A stretch of 64,000 bases of DNA, taken from the NCBI GenBank assembly GCA_976551045.1, contig CDPCPM010000281.1, forward strand, positions 9,672,001 to 9,736,000, read 5' to 3'. Of the stretch, positions 24,450 to 36,104 are shown one piece after another. The number at the start of each line of letters is the position of its first letter. Position 1 is the stretch's first letter. Origin of the DNA: Glaucostegus cemiculus (Eukaryota). The notes under the pieces are model-generated. The model made no database searches, was not told where the DNA came from, and worked only from the letters and a program-made list of their open reading frames with translations. A program made the position numbers and the translations under genes.

Positions 24450-24860
24450 TGGTCCAAAAAGCCTTTGAAAAAGCAATAGGGTGTTTTGCTTCCAGAAAAA
24501 ATGTGCTAAAACGGGACATGCATCACCCCTTCGAGCCACACTCAGTTGAATATGGCTGTGCAGTAATCAAACGAGGTCAACATGCATTAAAGGCACACTT
24601 CCTTTGGAAGATGGACATCAACAACATAGATTATGGCTGCATAGGAGAGGGTACTACAGGGAAGGGAGGAAGAGCTCCAAATTTGGGAAGGGAGGGAGAG
24701 CTCCATATTTGGCTAAGGGATGTAGAAGTCGTGGTTAATGAAATCGTATGCCAAGAGGGTAGTCTTGTGTGCTGGAAAGTGACAACTGATCCTCTGGAGT
24801 TGCTGGTTACCAAAGTTGACTCCTGTGGGAGTCAAAATCCCTGGGCAATGATTTGTCAAG
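24450..24860 (+). mobile_element. Decayed LINE 3' region (CR1-superclade family also at 19510-19660, 50360-51770, 55025-55195)
   Basis: 'gggagtcaaaatccctgg' matches the shared tail motif. Very degenerate. Confidence 0.35.
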
Positions 24861-25014
24861 ACACATCAAGATGAGATGCACATTACTAACATGCAGACAC
24901 ACTAATGCACAGACCCCCCCCCCCCACACAGGTTGTTGCTCCATCCACACCCTCACTTTACCGTTGACCTTCTGCTCCCTCCACTCCCCACACAGATGTT
25001 GATCTTCCAAATGA

Positions 25015-25705
25015 GGGATAAAAATGAAGAGGACCAAGGGCACAAGTACACAGTTCCCTAAAAGTGGCAACACGAGTGGACAGGGTGGTGAAGAAGGCAT
25101 GCGGCGTGCTTGCCTTCATTGGTCGTGACATTTAGTGCAAGAGTTAAGATGCCATGTTACATCTGTACAAAATGTTGGTTGAGCCACACATGGAGTATTG
25201 TGTGCAGTTCTGGTAACCGTGCTTTGGGAAGGGTGTGATTAAGCTAGAGAGGGTACAGGGAAGATTCACAAGGCCGTTGCCTGGACTGGAGGGCTTGAGT
25301 TACAAGGAGAGATTGGATCAATTGGACTGCTTTCCCTGGAACGAAGGAGGCTGAGGGGGTGACCTGGAAATTTACAAAATCATGAGGGACATGGATAGGG
25401 TAGGTAGTGAGAGTCTTTTTTCCAGTGTAGTGGTGACTAAAGCTCAAGGGCATAGGTTTAAGGTGAGAGGGGAAAGCTTTAAAGGGGATCTGAGGGTGGG
25501 GTGGTGGTCGTATAGAATGAGCTGCCAAAGGAAGTGGTTGGGGCAGATGCAACATTTAAAATACATTTGGACAGGTTCATGGACAGGGATGGTTTAGAAG
25601 GGTATGGGCCAAAGGCAGGCAAATTGAACTAGCGTAGATAGGCACCTTGGTCAGCATGCACACTGGGCAAAAAGGGCCTGTTTCCATGCTGTATGACTCT
25701 ATCAC
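25015..25705 (+). mobile_element. CR1 LINE 3' fragment
   Basis: 'ccacacatggagtattgtgtgcagttctgg' (PHMEYCVQFW), 'gagagggtacagggaagattcacaagg' and 3' end 'agggcctgtttccatgctgtatgactctat'. Confidence 0.9.
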
Positions 25706-27175
25706 ACAGTAATCTTTACTTTATCTATTTACACTAACATAGCAAGAAATAAGAGGGAGATCACCCACATGGTGACAAGCCCTCATGTTCTGTACCTCAC
25801 TGAGCGATTGGCCTGCTCCTCATGGGCAGAGGGGCTACCAATGACCAGCACATGTTGAAGAACGAACAGAACTGCTTAGGAGACGCATGTCATATGGAGA
25901 ATCACCAGGTGTAGGGGGCTTGCTAGAAGATGGGTGCGTGCATCAGCACTGCCCTAAAGGACTCAGATCAGGATGTTTTCAAGTTGATGGAGGTGGGCGT
26001 TGAGATGGTTTGTAACCTGTTAGGTGTGCCTCAACAACTGCAGGGGATAACGAGGAGGCCATGGACATTTCCTTGTTGGGAATCAGCCACTGTCCTGTCA
26101 CACATTGCCTGTGGTTCAGGGGGTTGCTGTTGTGCAGGTGTAGATGGAAGCCACACCAAGTCTGGCTGCTTCCACACAGTCTCAACCTGATCCAGCTGGA
26201 GCTCTGGTGTCTGCCACACAGCAGCAGTCTGAAGTTCTGAGGGAGCAGTGTTATGCTGCCAGAGGGCAGCTTGATGTCTTCACTGAGCAGAGAGATTCCA
26301 TTCGTCAGCAGATAGCTGCTCACTGTGGAGATGGGGATGCAACCAATCAGCAGCTTGCAGTTCTGCAAGATCCAAGGACTGCTGACGTCAGTAGAGTGAT
26401 GCCACCTGTCATCAGATCACTGTCCAGAGGAGCAGCAGTATGGCACATGGGAATTCATCTCTTCTTCAGGAGCAGTAACACAGTCTGGCACCCAGACTCT
26501 CAGCTGCCTTCACCATGGGCATTCCTGTTCAGAGTGTGTAGAGCTTGAAGACAGCAGGGACTGGACTCCTGTGATTCAAGGTTTGCAACCAGGCTCAGCT
26601 CAGAGTCTGGAGATTGAAACTGATGGGACATGCCAGAAAGTTCTTCCATCATTATCTCCCCCCTCCCCTCCCACCCCACCCTCCCAGACAAGAGAATGTC
26701 TGGTGTGCAGATTCAGGAGGGGGCATCAATTTTTCACCCACCACAGCCCCTCAAACAACACGCTTGCCTGTGCCTGGATATCAACCACCCTAGATTGCTT
26801 CTATTGGCCCTGGGTAGCAGTCTGAAGCTGACCCACCTGGAGTGAGATATGGTGAAATTAAACATCTACTCTATTTTGCACCTTCTCTTGATGCATTTGA
26901 TTGCAAAATAAGACAGTAGGTGAGAAGTGATTGCTTGTACAGGAAAAGATGACAGTACCCCATTCAGATCCATCAGTGTGCTGACAGAAACACCATGTGC
27001 TGGAATGGCACTTTATGGAAGTCCAAATACACCACATCCACTGATTTGCCCTTTTCTACTAGATTCAGCGTCAAAGAACTTGAATTGACTTGCTTAATGT
27101 GCAGAGGCCGAATAGCCTATTACGGTTTCGACTTAGGGTCTTATGGTTTCCATTTCTCTGTTGACTCTGCCCTAG

Positions 27176-27290
27176 GGCAGACACTGTAGTGTAGCGGTCA
27201 GCGTAACGCCATGACAGCGCTAGCAACCTGGGTGCAATTCCAGAGTTTGTATGTTCTCCCAGCATCTGCGTGGGTTCCCTCCCACATTTC
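27176..27290 (+). mobile_element. V-SINE family B, 5' part only
   Basis: Head 'ggcagacactgtagtgtagcggtcagcgtaacgcc' plus a partly deleted V-core. Confidence 0.75.
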
Positions 27291-28160
27291 AGTCTATGGA
27301 AAGTATTCCAGAATATTTAGAGTTGTGGAAGTGCATCCGCGGTATTCTTTGCCAGCTCCCTCATAATCTTGGGTAAAGAAATATGTGCTGATCAGTCCAG
27401 TTTCTGCGCTCCTACCTCTTGTGCATGGCTGGCTTTCCCCAAATGTGCCTCACATAAAAGATCGTGTCCAGAAGTCCTGAGAGAGACCACTGAGGAGTTG
27501 GTTGAAAATGTGCTTTTGAAGCTAACTTCACTCTTTTGAACCATGCTTTAACTTTTTAATTGAGTAATCTGAGTTTATGTGGAAAATAAGTGCAGTTGGT
27601 GCTAATGAGGTCACCAAGCGCCACTAAGTTAAGTTTAAAGTGGTGTGGGAAGCATGGATGGAGTGATGAAACTAAAACCATATTACTTAGTCTATAAGCA
27701 GGTGTTGCAGCTTGCTTTGTGACTGGCATGCACAAAGTCTGCCCAGTTGATTGCAACTTGATGTTTTAATGAAAAGATTTGAGATGAAGGATGTATTAAA
27801 TGTGTACCGAATAAGGTAGAAAAATGGTGGAATTTGTGTCTCTGGGTGTGAAATCATTTGCTGGTCAATAGGACTTCCATGTCCAAAACCTTACATATTT
27901 ATGGAGATGTCCAAACAAAAAAAAGGTGGTCGGAAGTGTTGGAGTCACTAGTTAAAACAAAATATAACAAAATCATATTTTTACACTCCATGTTTGGACA
28001 TTGGTTTTGAGCACACATTTCAGATGTACGTATAAGATGTGACCTGCAAATAGAGTTTTTAAACAAATACTCTGGCTCTATCTTGTGGAGAGTTCAAGTA
28101 ACTACATTCTTTCATTTTTCGCTAAGATAGTAATGCTTCAGTTTCTTAAATTAAAATATA

Positions 28161-28187
28161 ACTTTTCCTCTTTATGTTCTGCCCTAG
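28161..28187 (+). promoter_or_regulatory. Splice acceptor (polypyrimidine tract and AG) of the AUTS2-family exon
   Basis: 'acttttcctctttatgttctgccctag' ends in AG at 28186-28187. Confidence 0.8.
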
Positions 28188-28236
28188 GTTTCGGATGCCA
28201 CTTCTGAGAAACTTTTCAATACAACCACAAGCAAAG
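28188..28236 (+). CDS. AUTS2: 49-nt internal coding exon of an AUTS2-family gene (best match AUTS2, equivalent of human exon 6; FBRSL1 not excluded)
   Basis: Flanked by ccctag| and |gtaggc, phase 0 in and phase 1 out. Translates VSDATSEKLFNTTTSK. From memory, human AUTS2 reads ASDASSEKLFNTVIVNK (SDAxSEKLFNT shared) and human FBRSL1 reads ASVGSEKLFAPGTDK. Isolation between very long introns fits AUTS2 architecture. Confidence 0.78.
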
Positions 28237-29676
28237 GTAGGCCCCATCCCATCTTCTCATCAGTTGTCTCCTGCACAGGCCTCCTGACCTTGGGCCGTAT
28301 GCAAAGTGCCACTTTTAAGCTGCTAATTGCAGTGAAAAGCTTTTAGCTTTGAGTATTCCATTTTGATTTGCAGCCAAAGAGGGCGACCAGCGAATCAACA
28401 TTCCTACTACATTGCTGGTAACCAGGGTGAAAGGCTCTTCAGTTGTAGAAGCAAAGGATGATTGATTAACAAAAGGCCTTTCCTCTTGCCCTGGCTTTCT
28501 TTCTGGATTTGAATGTATTTCCCACATTCTCATCTTTGTTTACTCATACAGTTTGATTTGTGCCATCCATTTAGTTGTGAATAGCCATGCTTGACAGAGG
28601 TTCTTTATCTCCTTGCAACTTTTTGAGGTGATTTAGTTCTTGTGATAGGATTAAGTTTTCTTTGTGAAGCCTTAAATCAACAGCAGCTTTTCATATATAA
28701 AAACATTGCCAGGAAACACAACACAAATAGTCCTTTGGTGTATTTCCCTCCATCCTCATTTCCATGAAAATAACTTCATTTTCTCTCCTCATGAGTGTTT
28801 TCTTCATGCCATATGTTAATTTGTGTTGCCAGCACGAGTGACAAGAGATAAATGTTAATGCAGGTGTTGGAGGCTTGGACACTTGGTATTTTTATTGGGA
28901 CGGGACGGGTAGGGGGAGGGGTGGGGAGATTAACGAATGTGCAGGAACTGTTGTTCTGGAGAATTTGCATTCACTCTCCCAAACATCGAAGAAATCCCCT
29001 TTGAAAGGAGTCTTTTGCTGAAGAACTAATCTGAATAGCTGCTTCGAGGCAGGTGCACGAGTGAACAGTGTTTTGTGGTTGGGGTCATTTTCTCAGATGC
29101 ACAATGTGTTTAAGCTTCTTGCAAATGTTAGGAATACTTTCTTGTATGATATTGTTTTGCTTAAAGATGTTTGTACTAGACTGCCATTAAATCTGTGACT
29201 TCCATTCAAAATTGTATGAAATATTATGACGTTCTCATTTTAAAATGCAGGAGTTGGGGGGGGGAGATCACATTTCCCAGTGATGTGATTAATCTTGATT
29301 CTACTTTAGAATGTGTCAATCTAATTCTAATGTTACATCCATTGGTGGTTGACTTTTCTTCCCGTTTTGTTTATAACTACTTATTTCCTTTTGGTTTCAC
29401 TGCGTCCAAACTATTTCATATTGGGAACTCAATAGAGGCATTTGGATGTCTCTGCTTTCAGTTTATATTCATTTGTCACAGTTGGGTACTAAGTTAATCA
29501 AAACTGGAATCTCAGTCCAAGTTCTATGTTAGCCCTTCTGCTGGAGGCAGGCTCTCATTCTCGGGCATTCCTTCGGAGTCACGTCCAAGTGACAGATGTT
29601 TGTGTGCAAGCTGAAACAGTAAGTATCTGAAGGCCATGTAGGCCTAAGAAGTGCCCCAGCCAAACTCGATTTATTG

Positions 29677-30027
29677 TCAGCTGTGGCTTAGTTTATCTTG
29701 CCCCTGAGTCAGAAGATTAAGAGTCCTTTCCATTCCAGAGAAACAAGTGTAAAAAAAACCTTGATGTTAAAATGAGGTCCTGCCTATCGCATTTTAGAAG
29801 GTCTTGTGGCACTTGTTTGAAGATGAATTAGGATATTCTGCCTGATGTTGCAGCAGTTTTTATTTCTCATCCAACATCACCGATGTGGATTATCTGTCAT
29901 TATCATGTTGGTTGTGGGATCCTACTAATTGCCTGTCACATATCCTAGCTAGTTACAATGACTACTTTTCAAAGTACATCATTGACTGCAAAGCATCTAG
30001 GATGTTCTGATATAAATGCAGGTCTTT
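29677..30027 (+). mobile_element. Deu-domain SINE (SacSINE1/AmnSINE1-related), near full length, old
   Basis: Head 'tcagctgtggcttagt...cctgagtcagaag', Deu-like 'attatctgtcattatcatgttggttgtgggatc' and L2-type tail 'actacttttcaaagtacatcattgactgcaaagcatctaggatgttctgatataaatgcaggtcttt'. Confidence 0.7.
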
Positions 30028-30502
30028 TTATTCAATGGATACCTGTAAGTGTACTCTTTCAGCATGGGTCACTGATGGTAATCATGGATGAGAACTTTGG
30101 GTTATTCTTTTAGCCCATGTGACAATACTTCATCCAATTGTGTCTTCACATAACCATGGCTCAGCACAATTAACCTAGCACAGTGTAAGATTAAAACAAT
30201 AGGACTTTGTGGCACTGTATAACTCACCATGACTTGCTCCCACACACACCACAACGAACAGGCGATTTCAGGGAGTCCTTCAAAATGCCAACAACTCTCA
30301 AACCCCCTGGGAAACAAAGAAATGTTTAGCAGATTGTAAAATAAATGTGGCAAAGTATGCATTTTGTTCAGGATTTTAACATCCATATTTCTGACTTAAG
30401 AAGATGGGGTTGCTATATCCAGTTGTTTTGTATACACCTCCACACAACCATCTGAACACGTCTGCAGTTCAGTCTGTGCTTCAAACAGTCTTTGTTCTCT
30501 GG

Positions 30503-30708
30503 AGACACAAGAGACTGCAAATGCTGGAATGTGGAGTAACAATCAGCTGGAGGAACTCAGTGGGTCGAGCAGCATCTGTGATGGTGGGGGAGAGGGGGAG
30601 GAAATTCTGAGCCCTGATGCACGGTTTCGACCTGAAACGTCAACGAGTCCTTTCCCCTAACAGATGCTACTTGACCTGCTGAGTTCCTCCAGCAGATTGT
30701 TCGTTAGT
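30503..30708 (+). mobile_element. PLE-derived inverted-repeat element with hammerhead-like core
   Basis: Inverted arms at 30538-30579 and 30660-30701 enclose 'ctgatgc-acggtttcgacct-gaaacgtc' (30614-30641). Confidence 0.8.
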
Positions 30709-30724
30709 CCTTGCTGTCTTCTCT

Positions 30725-30890
30725 CTTGGGCAGTCCCTCGGGATCGAGGATGACTTGTTGCCACTCTGGTTCTCAGGTGACTTGTGAGGCGAATGTGGGA
30801 ATCGGAAACTCTTCTACAGGTGGGGCAGGAGGTGCCTAAGAATCAGTGGGGACATTGCATTTTTCACAAGGAGGTCTTGAGCATAAGTGC
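30725..30890 (-). mobile_element. RTE LINE 3' end fragment
   Basis: 'ggcagtccctcgggatcgaggatgacttg...actcttctacaggtggggcagga' is homologous to the end of the RTE at 35087-35215. Confidence 0.65.
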
Positions 30891-32359
30891 CTTGAGATGG
30901 CTGCTTTTGCTATGTGTGTGTATACTGGCATCACTGCAATCTGCCCTTCCCAAGCTCATCGCTGTCCTGAAGCTTTTGACTGCCCAGCCACAAACATACA
31001 TGTCTGCTTTCCCTTCTCTACCATACCCCCCACCCAACACACCAGACCCCAACCAGCTCTTGCTATTATTGTTACAGTGACTATAAGCAGAGGTGATCTT
31101 GGGTGAACTGGACTGCAACATTCTAAGATGATTCTTCTAAAATAAAGTTTTTAAATTGTCCAAGCTTTAACTTAATTCACATTTTGAAGTAGCTTACTGC
31201 CTCAAATGCTGTTATTTCTTTGTCTGAATAACTGGTTACTTCTGCCTCTGATAAAGGGTTTTATCAGTTGACAGCTTTTTGCACACACTAATAAATTGCC
31301 CTGTAATGCCAATCTTGCAATACGAACACATTTTTAGAGTATGTGGCATTGGTAATACTTGCAAGAAGTGCAGAGGTATTTCAGCTGAAGTATTAGCAAG
31401 GCATTAAGGTCACAAGCTCAACAATCGTGCGAGTAAAGCATTCCACTGCATTAAAACAGTCAATACTTTTAAGCCAGTTACTGATGTGTAACTGTAGCTT
31501 GAGGACATATTAAAGGTTCAACCTGTTGGTTTGACCTTGATGATTTAAGTTTGTTTCATGCCCTATTTCAGATTGAGAGTCCTTTTTAAAAGGTCTTCTC
31601 AAGCCTTGCTTTCTTCATTGCAATAAAGGTCATCAAGCAATTAATCTGCCTTTGGCGGCAGATGGCAGTTGGAGAATTGACGCCTGCCAATGGGAGCCAT
31701 GCCATGTGCTGCGGTTAATTGTCAGATTCAGTCAGCCAGTTTAGTAATTAATATGTTTTAGCCAGAGGGGGATATTTGCTACTCCCTTAAATTCATCTTT
31801 TAAAATCATTTTCTTTTCCAAGGCAACGTCTGACTGAACAGTGTCTGAAGTATTGTTCTTCATGCCTTTTCTCATCACCCTTTAGATCAGCAAACTGTCG
31901 GTTGCATACACATTTACATGTTCTGTAAGAGTACCACATTAAGAATTTCTCAACTACTAACACAAGGCACACCTTGACGATGGCCCACATTTTGAAATTA
32001 TCCTCATTGGTCTAGGACTTTGGTTTGAATTTAGTTAAGTTCCCAGAATAATAGTCTCCTGATTCTCATTGTTATCAGGCTACATTCCTTTGCTCATGTA
32101 GTTGCCCAAACTCTAGAATGGTTCTGATTATTCCATTGCACTGTTTCAAATTGGCAACCATTTATTTTCCCCTTTAAAAAAAATTGTCTGATATATATTT
32201 GATCACCACAGATGACTTAATGTTATGGTACTGTGCAGCTCACCACCTTGTTGCTCATTGCACACTGGAATCCATGGGTTACGGCTGAGCTGGTATGGTC
32301 TGCCTTCAATCTGGAATAAACTGAGATGCTTAAATTATACTGAAATTTTGGAACAAAAT

Positions 32360-32505
32360 ACAAAGCTTGAAACAAAACCAGGAAATGATGGAAACACTCA
32401 GAAAGTTGGGCACAGCATCCATGGAGAAAACTCATAACACTCCAGGCGTAACATAACCCTTGAGCAGAACTGCCAGGTTTGATGAAAGGCCTTATCCAAC
32501 GTTAT
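32360..32505. mobile_element. PLE-derived fragment
   Basis: 'ggaaatgatggaaacactcagaaagttgggcacagcatccatggaga' and 'ttgatgaaaggcc'. Confidence 0.5.
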
Positions 32506-32994
32506 TCCATTAACTGGAATCCTTCCAGTTGCCATTGGAGCTACCATGTACCAAACATTCCCGACTTCAAATGCCAGAAACACAAAATGAAGCTGGCTTA
32601 AGTTTTTGGAGTTGGTTCTGATCAGGGAGGTTTGTATGCCAGTTTGTGTGGGATAAATGTTGTTTGTTGGTGGTGGGAGAGAGGAGGGAATGTGAATACT
32701 CCTTCCAGAAAGCTTGGTTTAAAAGCTGCCTGGAGGAAGACATGAGTAATGTATGTCTTTGATTGCCTTTGCTAGGGTAAGGCAAGCAGGTGGACATACT
32801 TGAGAAGTCACTCATCCCCCCCCCCCCTTTCTTTCTGGTCTTGATTCACAGTTTTTACACTTGTGTAAACAAATGCAAATGAGAGGACATAAATGGGAGT
32901 GCAAAGTGGAATTTCATTGAAACAAATACTCATTTGTCAAAATCACAAAATAAGCAGATTAAGAGAAGCAGAGATGTATGTATGCATATCCATG

Positions 32995-33850
32995 ACCCAA
33001 AGTGGGAATGTGAGTACTGATGGGACACAAAGATACTTGGAAGGGATATAAGTGAGCTAAGTACATCGGCAACAACATGGCAGTTGGAATACTAGGTGAA
33101 AAAATATGATGTTGTCCATGAGAAATGCTGAGTTTTTAAAATGGTGTGAGAGACTGGAAAATGTTGATCTTAAAAGGGACCTCAAGCCATTTAAAGCCAA
33201 TGTGCAGATGCAAAGGCAGTGAGGAAGGCAAGTAGTATATTGGCCTTTATTGCAAGAGGATTTGAGTACAAAAGTTAGGATGTCTTACTACACTTATGAG
33301 AGGCCTTGATGAGACCACACCTGGAGTACTCTGTGTAATCTTGGTTTGCTTTTCCAAGGAAGGATTTGTTTGCTACTGAGGGAGTGCACCAAAAATTCAC
33401 CGGGCTTATTCCTGGGATGGCACCTCTGTCATAATCAAAGTGACTAAGTCAGCTAAGGCCTGTATTCCCCAGATTCAGAATAAGGAGAGGTGACGTCTCT
33501 GAAATGAACACACTTGTTTTAGAGGACTCAACAGAGTAGAAGCGGGGAGCATGTTTCCCCTGACTGAGGAGTCTGGAACTTGGAATCACAGTCACTGAAT
33601 AAAGGACAGGTCATTTAGGACAGAGATAGGGAGATTTTTTTTTTCACTCAGCTGATTGTGAATCTTTGGAATTCCTGATCTCAGAAAATGGGAGAGACTT
33701 AGTCATTGATCGCTTTTATCTAATATTAAAGGAATTAGAGTATATAGGGATAAGGCAGAAAGATGGTACAGACAATCAGCCACAATTATGTTGAATGATG
33801 GAACAAGCTGAAGAGGTCAACTGGCCTACTCCTGCTCCTATTTCTTACAT
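32995..33850 (+). mobile_element. Old CR1 LINE fragment (RT C-terminal half and 3' UTR)
   Basis: 'gagaccacacctggagtac' (RPHLEY), 'ttcctgggatgg' and 3' end 'tggcctactcctgctcctatttctt'. Followed by an AT-rich low-complexity tract to about 33935. Confidence 0.85.
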
Positions 33851-35086
33851 TATATTCATAATATATCATTATACATATAAAATTATACATAATATTATAC
33901 ATATTATATAAAAGTCACATAATATTACATAATGTGAAAGCTTGGGATGTACACACGTGCAACTTAACAAGAGGAGGCAGTGAATCAACTGGTCTGTGAA
34001 ACTTCAAATTGCTAGCTAATTCTGCCAGCATAATTGCAGGTAATATTCATATGTAACTTTTTAGATTGAGGGAAGGGAGGAAGCTGTTAAAATGAGGTGA
34101 TATATTTGGGTACAGAGATTGATCGGCAGATGTAAAAAAGCACTGAGTTTCTTCTATCTGTTACTTCAAGTATTTGTTCTACACCCTAATTCCATGCATC
34201 TTCGGGCACAAATTCACAGAAAATTGCACTGCCAGATGCTTAGTCTACTCTACCCACCCCTCTGCCAGAGCAATCATAGTAATTATAACATCAACTAACA
34301 AACAGAGCCATGTCTTAAACATTCCCTTCATTGAGCTCAGTTGCTGACGTTGATGATATTGAACAGGCTGCCTTTTAGAAGCAGCGTTAAAACTAGCTAT
34401 TTAAAAATCAATCATTGTTTAGTTCTCTGTGCAACATCAAAAGCTTTTCTTCACATATTCAGATCACTGTTTAAATAACTAATTTTATTCAGCATTTTAG
34501 AGTATAGAGCATTCAATGAAACCTCCAATTAGCTAGTATTTATTTAGCATTAACAGTAATTATAGGCAGTAGTCTCTTGCCCACAGATGTGTCAACATTT
34601 GGCATCAAGTCTAATCATTCAATGAAATGGAGAAAGTTCAGTGAGCATCAATTAACAGATCAATTAGTATAAATGAAAAGTGTTGGGTAATCATTTGTTT
34701 GCTTAAATTACAATAACAAAAATGCAGCACCCTGTGTCGAAGGCTTGTATTCAATTAAGGATCATCAGACCTATACGGTCTGTAACCTGTTGAAGGCAAA
34801 GCCATTATTAATGTGATTGTATTGTCCTTTAATTTCCATTGCATTCAACCTGCATGTGTCCCAATGATACACCTGAACCCATGCCCTAAATCTAATAGGT
34901 TATGTATCTATAGGGTGCCTTCTGCCCTAATGTTATAGACCAGTAAATGGAATTTTGGGTGGGGGGGCATAAGAAAACCTCAGGTGGCTTGGTTACTAAT
35001 CCCAGTCATCAAACATGATGCAGACTAATGGTAATCTGTTTTTGTTTATTTTCTGCATGCTGAAAAATTCCTTTTGTAAATCTCTC

Positions 35087-35850
35087 TTAGCCAGTGCTCA
35101 GGATTGAGAATGACTTGCTACGACTCCAGTTCTGTGGATGCTGAGATAGCTGATGAGGCCAACCTCCACAGACTCTTCCACAGGTGGGCAGGATGAGTGG
35201 GCACCCCACCCCCACCCCCACCCCCACCACCAGTGCTTACACTGGGTTTCGTGTGCTCCAGATGAAGGAACTTGAGGTTTTCAGTTCCAAACCAAATGTT
35301 CCTCCTTCATTTTGGGTGGTCTCGGGTGAGAGATTCCCAAGAGTCAGTGGGGATGTTTTTCTATTTTCAAGGAGGCTTTGAAAATATCCACGAAACATTT
35401 CCTCTTTCTGCTTGGTCACCCTCTTTCTGCCTGGTAACCTCCTGCTGTGATGGAACTCGGAGTAGGGTGTCTGTTTTAGGAGACTGGTGTCAGGCATGCC
35501 CATCAGAGCTGACTGTGTGTCCTTAGGGCCTTAGTGCTGGGGATATTGGCCTAGGATAGGACAATGCCATTGATCTGCTCATTCTGCCATGGATTTGAGG
35601 ATTTTGCAGAGGCAATGTTGGTGGAAACTCTCCAGTGATCTGAGGTGGCTGCTATAGAGAGTTGATGTCTCAGAAGCATTCAGGAGGGCCAGATTACTGC
35701 TGCCCAGTTGACCATAAACTTTCATTCTTGATCTGGAAATGCTCGTTTTCTTAGATGTCCAAACACTGTGGTGGCTCACTGTCATGACGGTAAATGTTAT
35801 CATTGATGTCTGCCTTCATTGAGAGGCCATTGAAGAGGTTCCAAGAGGTA
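35087..35850 (-). mobile_element. RTE (BovB-like) LINE 3' fragment
   Basis: Minus-strand peptides YSSHLRSLESFHQHCLCKILK and MPDTSLLKQTPYSEFHHSRRLPGRKR match the RTE RT C-terminus (Y.RHL..LE.FHQRCLR.IL; MPD.RLPKQ.LYSEL..G.R..GG.RKR). Confidence 0.85.
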
Positions 35851-36104
35851 ACCTGCCCTATGACAGACTGTAGGGAAAACTTTCTGGGGTTACTGAAAAC
35901 AGATTTCTCCCCTTAATCGTGGATGGCCACAATTACTGCTTTTCTGATATCCAGGGGATGTGACCTCCTCTTCCCAGATATGGGAGAAGAGCATGTGAAT
36001 GAGTTCCTTTCTGCCCAGTTATGGAACTTCAGCAGGAATACGGTCTATTGCTAAGACCTTGTTGTTTCGCGGTTGGTGTATGGCATTTTTTACACTTTGC
36101 TAGT

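Noticed and set aside
33850-33935. AT-rich quasi-repeat (atattatacat...)
   Set aside because: Ordinary low-complexity expansion at a CR1 tail.
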